From positions 256,815 through 320,814 of the forward strand of contig JWKQ01000002.1 of NCBI GenBank assembly GCA_000806115.1: a stretch of 64,000 nt of DNA, in the 5' to 3' direction. Positions 1 through 8,103 of the stretch are shown here, one piece after another. The position numbers and the translations under genes were made by a program. This stretch comes from an archaeon GW2011_AR5 (GTDB lineage: Archaea > Aenigmatarchaeota > Aenigmatarchaeia > GW2011-AR5). Below the pieces are notes generated by a model. It did no database searches. It was not told the DNA's origin and saw nothing but the letters and a program-made list of their open reading frames with translations. Position 1 is the first letter of the stretch. Each line of letters begins with the position of its first letter.

Positions 1-231
1 ATTCAGGAGCGCCGAAAGGAACTGTCCCCATCGTATTATTATAGGACCGATTGCAAGCGTTGCATTCTCCCACGCGCCGCCCGGGATGAAGGGCGTGATG
101 ACAGGCATTATTATGTTGTTGACCAAAGACTGAATCAGGTTGGTTGCAGCGATGCCTATGATGAAAGCAATGGCAAGCCCGAGCACCTTGTACTCGTTGA
201 TGAATTCCTTAAATTCCCCTACAAATCCCAT
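1..231 (-). CDS. mscL: Large-conductance mechanosensitive channel MscL, N-terminal part (gene runs off the left edge)
   Basis: Absent from the ORF track because no stop lies in the window. Reverse-strand translation from the ATG at 231-229 gives MGFVGEFKEFINEYKVLGLAIAFIIGIAATNLIQSLVNNIIMPVITPFIPGG... This fits the MscL N-terminal helix, TM1 and loop pattern (F.EF..G.V.DLAVG.IIG..F..IV.SLV.DIIMP). Confidence 0.8.
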   Translation of the reverse strand, partial: MGFVGEFKEFINEYKVLGLAIAFIIGIAATNLIQSLVNNIIMPVITPFIPGGAWENATLAIGPIIIRWGQFLSALLN

Positions 232-300
232 GATAAATTATCATATTACATAAGAATTAAAGGGTAGTAATAATATGTTTCTTTTGATTGAATTCCAAAC

Positions 301-429
301 GGGCTCGTGGTCTAGTGGCATGTGACTGGCGCGGAAAAGAAAGGCGCTAAAGCGTCATGACTTCCGCGCATTCGGCCAAACGCGACCTTGACGTGGTTGA
401 GATTGTAGGTTCGATTCCTGCCGGGCCCA
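301..429 (+). tRNA. tRNA-Val(GAC) interrupted by a ~55-nt intron at a non-canonical site (between D-arm and anticodon stem)
   Basis: Acceptor and D-arm GGGCTCG-TG-GTCT-AGTGGCATG-TGAC lie at 301-326. A contiguous 3' part lies at 383-429: CGACC-TTGACGT-GGTTG-AGATT-GTAGG-TTCGATT-CCTGC-CGGGCCC-A (anticodon GAC, variable loop, T-arm, acceptor). The intervening ~55 nt contains its own 8-bp helix GCGCGGAA/TTCCGCGC. The exact splice junction cannot be fixed by eye. Confidence 0.75.
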
Positions 430-436
430 TTCTTGC

Positions 437-763
437 CTATTTCTTCTTGGCTTTTGCTTTGGCAAGAAGCTTCAGCTTTTCCTTGAGCTGGTTCTTTCTC
501 ATGGAGAGCACTTCCCTTGTGCTGATATTGCGCACCTGATAGAAATGCAGGAAACGCGAGCCGCATTTCGGGCATTTGTCGGCATGCTCGGTTATGAATA
601 TCTTCTCGCATGACGGGCAGGTGTATCTCATGAGGGGCTTTGAAGAGGGTATGTCGTCGCGCTGGAGCTCCTTCACCGCGCCGCCGCAGAATATGCACTT
701 TGAAACGGGTGTTTCCCTGTCGAATCCGTGGGCGCATTCCTTGCAGATATAAAGGTGTTTCAT
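437..763 (-). CDS. Small double zinc-ribbon protein with lysine-rich C-terminal tail
   Basis: Two CxxC...CxxC pairs (CKEC..CIFC and CPSC..CPKC) and a tail KLKLLAKAKAKKK. The track ORF 437..832 starts at a GTG inside an AGGTGA motif; the first ATG (MKHLYICKEC) is at 763, so the start is uncertain. Confidence 0.55.
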   Translation of the reverse strand: MKHLYICKECAHGFDRETPVSKCIFCGGAVKELQRDDIPSSKPLMRYTCPSCEKIFITEHADKCPKCGSRFLHFYQVRNISTREVLSMRKNQLKEKLKLLAKAKAKKK

Positions 764-872
764 CTTCTTTTTGCGGTACTTGTGATAATTGTCAATCTCG
801 CCGGGAGAAAGTCTGTCAACCACTAGAATCACCTAAAATGTTTGTACGAAATGCGAAGCATTTCATTTGTCT

Positions 873-1163
873 TCACCCAAGAATGTTTCCGAATCCTTCT
901 ATGGCGGCGTTCTCCTGCTTGTCAAGTTTCTCCAGAACTTCCGTCTTGTGCTTCGACGGCTTTGCAAGTTCCTTCAGGAGTTCTTTTGCCTTCTCTATGC
1001 GTTCGTCTGACGCGTCAAGTATTATGAAGTAGCAGTCCTGGTCCATGTCAAGGCTGCCCGCTGTGCGGAGCGTTATCGAACCGCGGTTTATATCGTCGTC
1101 CTTCTTCAGCAGATCCTCGGCTTTTGACTTGTTATCCGCGGATACTTCGAAAACTTCGCGCAT
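873..1163 (-). CDS. Hypothetical acidic 96-aa protein with a ribosomal-stalk-like C-terminal tail (..AAIEGFGNILG)
   Basis: Track ORF with non-repetitive, charged composition. No family recognised apart from the C-terminal motif (see findings). Confidence 0.6.
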   Translation of the reverse strand: MREVFEVSADNKSKAEDLLKKDDDINRGSITLRTAGSLDMDQDCYFIILDASDERIEKAKELLKELAKPSKHKTEVLEKLDKQENAAIEGFGNILG

Positions 1164-1231
1164 TTGTGTAATTGTAATGCAAACCTTTTAATTGTCTAAT
1201 CCAATCATAAAGAAGAGCGAATGTGCAGAAT

Positions 1232-1304
1232 GCCTCCGTAGCTCAGTTGGTAGAGCGACAGTTTCGTAAACTGTAGGTCATGAGTTCGATCCTCATCGGG
1301 GGCT
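1232..1304 (+). tRNA. tRNA-Thr(CGU), intron-less
   Basis: Clean 73-nt cloverleaf: GCCTCCG-TA-GCTC-AGTTGGTA-GAGC-G-ACAGT-TTCGTAA-ACTGT-AGGTC-ATGAG-TTCGATC-CTCAT-CGGGGGC-T. No encoded CCA. Confidence 0.95.
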
Positions 1305-1522
1305 TATTCATCCTTTTTTTCCTCGAACCATTCCAGGTTCCTGTCCCTCTCGTCCTTCTTGGAGAACGTGAGTATGGCTATTACAATGGCTGCGAATAGC
1401 GGCGCAAGTATCCCGTAGATTAGCCAAAAAGGGAGAACTGAGTTGAAAATGCCTTCGGCATACAGCGATATGAAAAGCGCCGCGAAGAAGCCGATGCCTA
1501 TGCCCTCGAATATAGCTCCCAT
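1304..1522 (-). CDS. Small two-TM membrane protein
   Basis: 72-aa track ORF with two hydrophobic helices and an acidic tail (KKDERDRNLEWFEEKKDE). Its stop codon overlaps the tRNA-Thr 3' end by 1 nt. Confidence 0.6.
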   Translation of the reverse strand: MGAIFEGIGIGFFAALFISLYAEGIFNSVLPFWLIYGILAPLFAAIVIAILTFSKKDERDRNLEWFEEKKDE

Positions 1523-1656
1523 GTCTAATTATTGGTTTCCTGCTATAAAATGGTTGTGGAATTTATTAATGAGCTGCAAATGCCAATGAGCCCATAATAA
1601 TAGGTTTTCTTTTTCCAACCGACTGACGCTTTGCGTCTTGCAATTTAGAAAAAGGC

Positions 1657-1956
1657 TTATCTGTTCAGCGTCCTGGTTTTTGGCTTCCTTAGGCTGCGAA
1701 TTCCGGTGTGTATCGAAATGATTCCTGACAGGAAGACGGAAAGCACCCATACCGAGCCGAGGATTATGAGCATGTTCAGGTAGGCCACCGATTCCTGCAG
1801 CGTTGCGATGTCCGTGCCCGGGAACTGGCTTGCGTCTGCCGAGTTGATTATGCTGAGGGCGGATGCCATTGTTACTATGAGATATGCGGAAACCGCCGCG
1901 CCTATCAGTGCAACTATCCCGATTATGACATAAACTATCCCTGTTTTTCCCATCAT
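1657..1956 (-). CDS. Small membrane protein (2 TM)
   Basis: Only the distal part of track ORF 1657..2169 looks coding (MMGKTGIVYVIIGIVALIGAAVSAYLIV...). Its ATG forms an ATGA overlap with the stop of the upstream Yip1-like gene, suggesting translational coupling. Confidence 0.6.
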   Translation of the reverse strand: MMGKTGIVYVIIGIVALIGAAVSAYLIVTMASALSIINSADASQFPGTDIATLQESVAYLNMLIILGSVWVLSVFLSGIISIHTGIRSLRKPKTRTLNR

Positions 1957-2567
1957 AGCACCCCCGATGCAAGCCTTCCAAGAAGAGAAATGCCTACGGA
2001 AGCGTAGACCGCCAGCAGAATCACGAAGACTGATATTGCTACTGATATAAACGAGGTAACCATGTCTACGCGGTATAGTTCCTTTATTCCCCTGTGGAGC
2101 ATGCTTATGCCCAAAGCCAGCGTAAGCGCCAGAACAACTATCTGCACCCCGATGACGAACGGCATCCACGCAAGCAGGGCGACGACAAGCAGTCCGGCTG
2201 AAACTGGAACCGCGCTGTACGCGGTGGCGGTAAGCCCTTCGATGTATTTGCCCCTGCCTCCGAGCGTGGTTGTTGTTATGTAGACTACGAGGCTGAAAAG
2301 CACAATCGCCATGAGCGCCATGAAGAACGTGGTTATCACGGAACCTGCAACAAAAGCGGGAACAGTCTTCGCCACAAGTATGCCTGCGGCAATTGCAAAG
2401 ATTACGGAGCTTTCAAGCAGCGCCATCATGGCTTTTTTTGGATTCGGTTTCTTCGCGGCAAGTATCGCCTTTGTCGGGTTCCTGAGAATGTCAAGGCACA
2501 TTAGACAAGATTTGGATTTTCCGGGATTTAAAGATAATTCGAGATTTAAAAAGCCTTTTGCCATCAA
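1953..2567 (-). CDS. Yip1-domain-like polytopic membrane protein
   Basis: The N-terminus CLDILRNPTKAILAAKKPNPKKAMMALLESS is followed by about 5 TM helices, typical Yip1/DUF1282 architecture. An alternative start MCLD at 2501 has a TATA-like CTTTAAATCC about 27 nt upstream. Confidence 0.7.
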   Translation of the reverse strand: MMAKGFLNLELSLNPGKSKSCLMCLDILRNPTKAILAAKKPNPKKAMMALLESSVIFAIAAGILVAKTVPAFVAGSVITTFFMALMAIVLFSLVVYITTTTLGGRGKYIEGLTATAYSAVPVSAGLLVVALLAWMPFVIGVQIVVLALTLALGISMLHRGIKELYRVDMVTSFISVAISVFVILLAVYASVGISLLGRLASGVL

Positions 2568-2574
2568 ATTAAGA

Positions 2575-2862
2575 ATGTCAGATGTGTTGAAAATAGATGT
2601 TTGTGGACCTTGTGGAAATGAAAGTTTGTATAAGGAATTATGCGAGTCTGCTGCCGGCAGGCCAATAAATATAACTCGTACCGATTATTGTATTGGTGGC
2701 TGCAGATTAGGATCAAGAGTCAATGTCACATGTCACGATGGACAATTGCGCAGATATGCTACGGAAGAGTTAAAACGCGGAGATAATGTATTGATTTATC
2801 CAATCGGGGAGAATTCTGTGCGGGTAGTTATAGAGGATAATCTGCCTAAATCAGGAATATGA
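2575..2862 (+). CDS. Hypothetical cysteine-containing 95-aa protein
   Basis: The distal part of track ORF 2311..2862 starts at MSDVLKIDVCGPCGNES. The upstream part is antisense to the Yip1-like gene. TATA-like TTTAAAAA lies about 25 nt upstream of the ATG at 2575. Confidence 0.55.
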   Translation: MSDVLKIDVCGPCGNESLYKELCESAAGRPINITRTDYCIGGCRLGSRVNVTCHDGQLRRYATEELKRGDNVLIYPIGENSVRVVIEDNLPKSGI

Positions 2863-2872
2863 GGCGTCTAAT

Positions 2873-3310
2873 ATGGATTTGAACGAGCAGATAAAGGAAA
2901 AGCGGAAGGAGAAATGGTTCGACGTCTGGTTCAGCATCGAGGCTTTGGCAGTCGACAAGAGCGTGGTTGAAGATGCGCTCGCCACGCACGTCGAGAAAAT
3001 GGGGGACATCAGGGACATATTTATCTACGAAAAGGAATTCACAGAGACAATAAAAGTCGAGAATCCCATGAAGAACGTTGCCGAAGCCTACTCACAGATA
3101 GCAAAAGTGAAGTTCTTCGCAAAGAGCCTCACAACCCTCATTAGCGTGGTGCTCACCTACGGGCCTTCCGCTGTAGAGATCCTAGGACCCGACAGGCATG
3201 AAATGAGGATAGACGAGGTGCAGAGCATCGCAAACCTCCTCGCCGGAGTCGTACACCAGTTTGCAGCGGCGGGCGTCGGCGGAATAATCATAACGCCTGA
3301 CAAGAAGTGA
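2873..3310 (+). CDS. Hypothetical protein (145 aa)
   Basis: Track ORF with balanced composition, 10 nt after the previous gene. No family recognised. Confidence 0.7.
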   Translation: MDLNEQIKEKRKEKWFDVWFSIEALAVDKSVVEDALATHVEKMGDIRDIFIYEKEFTETIKVENPMKNVAEAYSQIAKVKFFAKSLTTLISVVLTYGPSAVEILGPDRHEMRIDEVQSIANLLAGVVHQFAAAGVGGIIITPDKK

Positions 3311-3342
3311 CGGTTATTTTAGCTCGTGCGCCAATTATTCCT

Positions 3343-3471
3343 ATGAAATGCAGGTTTATTGACGAATGCTCCTCAGTCGATTTCTCAAAAGTGGACGATG
3401 TCTGCTACAGCGAATGCGAGAAATGCGCGCATTACGTAAAAATAAGCTTCCTTGAAAGCGTGCTTGAATAA
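3343..3471 (+). CDS. Possible 42-aa cysteine-rich mini-protein
   Basis: Hand translation gives MKCRFIDECSSVDFSKVDDVCYSECEKCAHYVKISFLESVLE (below the track threshold). It fills an otherwise empty 190-nt gap. Support is weak. Confidence 0.3.
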   Translation: MKCRFIDECSSVDFSKVDDVCYSECEKCAHYVKISFLESVLE

Positions 3472-3507
3472 TATCTGCTTTTATACCTGCATACCATTAT
3501 AGTAACT

Positions 3508-4428
3508 ATGAAGGGCTTGTGGCTGCTGGCGGCTTTCCTTCTCGTTTCTTCTGTTTCAAATGCCGCGTTAACGAACTGGAGCGTCGATATATCAATAAAC
3601 GACGACGGCGGCACCGACTGGACTGCCGTATTAACCTACAACAACACTGTCACAAGAAGCGACTATTTCGTGCTCTCGCGTATTACCAATGTTCAGGTAT
3701 CGGGAGACGGCGTGCCGCTGGAATGCGTCTCAACCTACAGCCTTGGCACCTCTATCGTCTGCGATGGAATAGCCGCCCGCGAGGTTGTCTATAAATTCAA
3801 TGTCAAGGCGCTTGTCAGCGACCTCCAGAATTTCAAGCTCTTCAGGTATCCGTTTTCTGTGACGGAAACAGTTGACAGGATGCAGATTACGGTCAAGTTC
3901 CCCCTTGGAGCGGCCCTTGTGGAGGACCTGAAGCTTGGCGGAACAGGACTTAGCAAGTTTGAGCCGGATTTCGGGCGCGAAGGCACTGACGGGCGCCGCA
4001 TATTCGTTACATGGGTGTATGACAAGCCCATTCTGGGGCAGTCAATTAACATCTATGCCATCTACGAGGTTCTTGGAATTGACCCTTTCATGATTTTTGT
4101 CGTAATTCTGGCGCTTGTCATAATTGCCTTCCTGATAACAATAATGTTCATATTTAGGAAGCAAAGGGTGAAGGACTTGCTCCCCGTTCTTACCGACGGT
4201 GAAAGAAAGGTGATGGAAATACTGCTGAGAGAAAAGGGCGAAGTTGATCAGAGGACTATTGTCCGCGAGACCGACTTCAGCAAACCAAAGGTATCACGCG
4301 TAATCAATGACTTGATTGAGAGAGGCCTGGTGGATAAGATTTCAAAAGGGCGCAAGAACCTCATAAAGCTCAAAAAAGAGGTAAAAAGGGTAGATTCTAG
4401 AGATGTCAAATCAAAAGAACAAAAATAA
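3508..4428 (+). CDS. Membrane-tethered transcription regulator: signal peptide + extracytoplasmic domain + TM + cytoplasmic winged-helix HTH
   Basis: Signal peptide MKGLWLLAAFLLVSSVSNA, a ~190-aa external domain, TM FMIFVVILALVIIAFLITIMFIF, then LTDGERKVMEILLREKGEVDQRTIVRETDFSKPKVSRVINDLIERGLV (MarR-like wHTH). The architecture matches archaeal COG2512-type membrane-associated regulators. Confidence 0.8.
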   Translation: MKGLWLLAAFLLVSSVSNAALTNWSVDISINDDGGTDWTAVLTYNNTVTRSDYFVLSRITNVQVSGDGVPLECVSTYSLGTSIVCDGIAAREVVYKFNVKALVSDLQNFKLFRYPFSVTETVDRMQITVKFPLGAALVEDLKLGGTGLSKFEPDFGREGTDGRRIFVTWVYDKPILGQSINIYAIYEVLGIDPFMIFVVILALVIIAFLITIMFIFRKQRVKDLLPVLTDGERKVMEILLREKGEVDQRTIVRETDFSKPKVSRVINDLIERGLVDKISKGRKNLIKLKKEVKRVDSRDVKSKEQK

Positions 4429-4780
4429 GTTTTTATTGTCTAAAACGTCTAAATATTTGTTTTGGAACATTCAAAATAAATATATAAATTGTAGAAACTT
4501 TTATAGTACTAGTACAAAAGTTAAAACTTGCTCCATGAAACTGTTTCAAGTCACTATTATATATACGCCATGTCCATATAATGTTTAACTAAATTGGAAG
4601 GCATAAGGCTCTATTCTAACATACCCTTTGCCCCTTATTTAGCCCCGTAATATTCAAACCCCTGAACCTGAAACAGAAAGGCGCAGAGCGCTAATCGGTT
4701 ATCGGGAACTCGGTTTGATCCGGACAAACCAGAACTGTGAGCTAACAGCTCACTTGTAAAAAACATATACAGGAGGTTGC

Positions 4781-7504
4781 ATGAAAATGCAATTCAAAAA
4801 ACTAGTAGCAGCAGGTACGCTGGCAGCCCTTATGGTGGGCTCTTCGGCGGCATTTGCAGCTCTAAGCGAATTCCCACGACCATTCGTTACAAGCGACGGT
4901 GTACAGTCGTTTGTTGTTGTGGGAGCGGCAGCAGCTCCTAGCGACGTTGTAGGTGCAGTAGACATCGCAGCTCGAATAGGAGGCTCAGTAACGACAGACG
5001 TGTCTGTCCCTGGAGCAGCGGCTGGCTTTACCATAGAAGGCGGTGACGGCAAGGAAGTAGCGACGACTAACACAAAACTCTACCTGGACGACAGTCTTGG
5101 AAAGAGCGGTGTCAGGAGCACTATGACCAAGGACGACCTGCCAACTCTGTTGAAGACAGAAAAGCTCGAGGACACAGACGGCAGTACAACACACAACTAC
5201 CAGCAGTTCATCTACCTGACGCCAAGCTCGACTTCTTCGGCAAACTACAAGATAGAATTCGAGAAGCCAGGCAGCAGCAGCTCGGTAGACCCGACGTATG
5301 ACATGGGAAGGTTCACAACGTCCCCGACGGACCTTGACTACCTATATAGAACGTACGTAACGTTCGACAAGGATGTCAACATGTCCACGGCAAAGGGCGA
5401 GAGATTGAACCTTTTCGGCAGGACATACACGGTACACACAGATTCTACAGGCGACCCGGCAGGCGCTGGTGCAACAACAGACAAGCTAGTATTGTCTGGC
5501 GGTGCATCCGAAACAGCAGTCCTGAGCGGAGGCGAGTCTATACAGGTAACCGTCAGCGGAGTGACCTACGATGTAACCTTCAAGGGTGCTTCTGACGCAA
5601 ACACTGCAGTTGTTGCGGTGGGAAGCGACCAGAACAACATCGACGAGGGACAGTCCAAGAAAGTCGGCGGCCTTGACGTCTTTGTTGAAAGAGTCTTCGA
5701 CCTTTCATCAACAGACCTGACTCAAGACTCTGTAAAGGTGCAGTTCGGCGCGCAGAAAGTCGTTCTAACCAACGGCGCGAAGGTAAAAATCGGCGACGCT
5801 GAGGACTCGGTAGACGGAACATACGTCAACCTGACCATATCCGGAAGGAAACTTTCGGCATTCCAGGTTGCAGTTGGCGGAAGAAGTTCCAACGAAGACT
5901 TCATCAAGGCGGCCGGCGGCATGTACGTCGACCCTGTATGGAACTCGTTCGGCGTAAACTTCCTGTCCGTAACGCCAGGCCTCACAGACGCCTCGAGAGA
6001 CATGATAAAAGTGTCTCCGTCAGGCGACAACCTGATCCAGGTCAGCTACACAGACGACAGAGGATACGAAAAGACAATAAACTGGGCATACAAGGCCTTG
6101 AGCACTGACACAGTGTTCGACCTTGCAGACAGCAGCAACAACTCCATAGTTGTTGTTGAAGGCACGCCGGTTCCGAAAGACGCGTACTTCCTCACAACGG
6201 CAGGTGAGTTCTCTCACATGTTCCGCGTGACGGGTATCAGCGCAGACGGTTCCAGCTCTGCAAGCGCAGACCTGACGGACCAGTTCTCCGGAGCAACCCT
6301 AAAGTTGAACCTTGGAACGGGTAACGACGAATCAAAGGTCATTGACGGACAGACGTTCTATGTTGTTGCGAACAGCACGCACCTGTCAAACGTGACATGG
6401 GGCGGAAACTCCGGTTTCAACAACACAGGTTACTTCACGACCGTCTTCCCGACCTTGAAGGGACGAAGAGGCGAAAGGCTCGCGCTATTCAAGCCTAACG
6501 CAACCGTCTCAGGACTGGCGAACAGCGGCTCAAGAATAGACCTCCCGACAGGTGCCCTGAACTTCACGTTCTACGAAGGCAACGGCGGAACACAGAACCT
6601 CAACATAACTGCCGTAGCTAAGGAGGACGGACAGGCATCTGCTCTGGCAGCTGCAGTGACGGGCGTGAACGCGTCCAACACAGGAGCTGTGTACAACGTA
6701 ACCTTGGGCAGAACAGCAACCGGCGGCCTGATATACGCACTGAAATTCCCAAACAACAACCGATCAGTGTCCATATCAGTAGTCGGCAGCGCAGCTGGCG
6801 TTGAGCTAAGCAGGCCTGGTGTCTTGATTGTCGAAGAGAAAGACGACAACAGCGACCAGTACAGCTTCCTCACAGCCGCGTCTTCAGAAACCTCGGGTTC
6901 CAACAACGTAGCCATACCGGGAGCGCCTGACTTCACTGCAAGTGAAGACTCGGCAGCGCTCGGCAGCGAGTCATCTGTCACAGACTATGTAGACCTTTAC
7001 GGTGCCTACGCTCGAAGAACAACTTCGGGACAGGACATCATAACGTTCTACTACCCTGACGACCAGGTGACATCCAATGTCTTCGTGTTGGCGAAAGAGG
7101 CAACTGTTACCCAGACGTCTGGCGGAACAGGCAGCACTGTTAAAAGTGCGACGCCTGTGAAGACAGCACTGGGTAAGCTGGACTCGGAAGTCACATCTGC
7201 AGACAAATCTACCAAGCACCTCATCCTGGTTGGTGGACCGGCAGTCAACACTCTCGTAGCAGAGTTGGCGACGGCAGGCAAGACCAGAGACACTGCATGG
7301 TACAGATCCCAGGGAGCAGGCACAGCCTTGGTCGACCTCGTCGAGAATGCATTCACATCCGGCAGGACGGCATTGGTTGTAGCAGGCCACTCGGCTGCGG
7401 ACACGCGCTCTGCAACAAGCAGAATCCAGAACTATGACGCCTACACTTGGGCAACCGACAGAGTTGTTCTCAAGAACGGTGTCGTAACGACGGAAACGGC
7501 TTAA
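4781..7504 (+). CDS. S-layer protein (Methanococcales-type S_layer_N/S_layer_C family)
   Basis: Signal peptide MKMQFKKLVAAGTLAALMVGSSAAFA, then FPRPFV...FVVVGAAAAPSDVVGAVDIAARIGG. The C-terminus has KHLILVGGPAVNTLVAELA. These are the conserved N- and C-terminal signatures of that S-layer family. AGGAGG lies 4 nt upstream of the ATG, and the protein has many NxS/T sequons. Confidence 0.9.
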   Translation: MKMQFKKLVAAGTLAALMVGSSAAFAALSEFPRPFVTSDGVQSFVVVGAAAAPSDVVGAVDIAARIGGSVTTDVSVPGAAAGFTIEGGDGKEVATTNTKLYLDDSLGKSGVRSTMTKDDLPTLLKTEKLEDTDGSTTHNYQQFIYLTPSSTSSANYKIEFEKPGSSSSVDPTYDMGRFTTSPTDLDYLYRTYVTFDKDVNMSTAKGERLNLFGRTYTVHTDSTGDPAGAGATTDKLVLSGGASETAVLSGGESIQVTVSGVTYDVTFKGASDANTAVVAVGSDQNNIDEGQSKKVGGLDVFVERVFDLSSTDLTQDSVKVQFGAQKVVLTNGAKVKIGDAEDSVDGTYVNLTISGRKLSAFQVAVGGRSSNEDFIKAAGGMYVDPVWNSFGVNFLSVTPGLTDASRDMIKVSPSGDNLIQVSYTDDRGYEKTINWAYKALSTDTVFDLADSSNNSIVVVEGTPVPKDAYFLTTAGEFSHMFRVTGISADGSSSASADLTDQFSGATLKLNLGTGNDESKVIDGQTFYVVANSTHLSNVTWGGNSGFNNTGYFTTVFPTLKGRRGERLALFKPNATVSGLANSGSRIDLPTGALNFTFYEGNGGTQNLNITAVAKEDGQASALAAAVTGVNASNTGAVYNVTLGRTATGGLIYALKFPNNNRSVSISVVGSAAGVELSRPGVLIVEEKDDNSDQYSFLTAASSETSGSNNVAIPGAPDFTASEDSAALGSESSVTDYVDLYGAYARRTTSGQDIITFYYPDDQVTSNVFVLAKEATVTQTSGGTGSTVKSATPVKTALGKLDSEVTSADKSTKHLILVGGPAVNTLVAELATAGKTRDTAWYRSQGAGTALVDLVENAFTSGRTALVVAGHSAADTRSATSRIQNYDAYTWATDRVVLKNGVVTTETA

Positions 7505-7535
7505 TTGCGGTTCGTCTGAAGAAACAAAAACGAAA

Positions 7536-7568
7536 TTTTTTATTTTCTCTTCTTCTTCCTTATTTTTT
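7536..7568 (+). terminator. Oligo-T tract terminator after the S-layer gene
   Basis: TTTTTTATTTT and TATTTTTT runs lie 30-65 nt after the stop. Archaeal RNAP terminates at oligo-T. Confidence 0.5.
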
Positions 7569-7815
7569 AACTAACTAGACATAGGGACAGAATGTACAAT
7601 ATTATAAACTATTTTTGTAATGTATTTTCATTGCGCCAGAAAATTCTGCATTAAGGGCAAAATTTCGTCGGAAAATTTTATTTCTAGATGTAAAATCAGA
7701 AAAATATTTTAGTTGTGGCACCCTTGTAGCCACTTTGCGCCCAGATTGTCACTGTGTCGTCGCAATTTCACGTAGAACGAAAGTATAAATATAAGCTATA
7801 GGTAATTTATCTGTA

Positions 7816-8034
7816 ATGTCGGGGCAGAATGTGGTCGAGAAAAGAATCTTGACTTTATTGAGCAGGGAAATAATGTCTACTTCTCAGGTTGCGAAGAAAC
7901 TCAATATGCGCCGCGAGCTGACTGCGGGATATCTCGAGGCATTGAGGCATCAGGGCAAGCTTGAGAAGACGAAAGTGGGCAAGTCAAATATTTACCGGAC
8001 AATCGCCGCAATCGAAGGCGTCGACAGGAACTGA
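7816..8034 (+). CDS. Small winged-helix DNA-binding protein (72 aa)
   Basis: LLSREIMSTSQVAKKLNMRRELTAGYLEALRHQGKLEKTKVGKSNIY has an HTH-plus-wing pattern. TATA GTATAAATATAAG lies about 30 nt upstream of the ATG. Confidence 0.7.
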   Translation: MSGQNVVEKRILTLLSREIMSTSQVAKKLNMRRELTAGYLEALRHQGKLEKTKVGKSNIYRTIAAIEGVDRN

Positions 8035-8103
8035 ACTTGAAAATTATATGAAAATTATATATAGTGCATAAGGGCAGAATAATAAAAATCGGAGTGCAAC
8101 AAG

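Noticed and set aside
1529-2169. ORF 1529..1981 and the N-terminal 71 codons of ORF 1657..2169
   Set aside because: They overlap the better-supported Yip1-like and small-membrane-protein frames. Their sequences are Arg/Gly/His-rich and not membrane-like. The ATGA junction at 1953-1956 explains the real gene boundary.
2311-2574. N-terminal 88 codons of ORF 2311..2862
   Set aside because: This part is antisense to the Yip1-like gene. Its hydrophobic mirror-image sequence is a typical shadow, and the real start is most likely the ATG at 2575, behind a TATA-like element.
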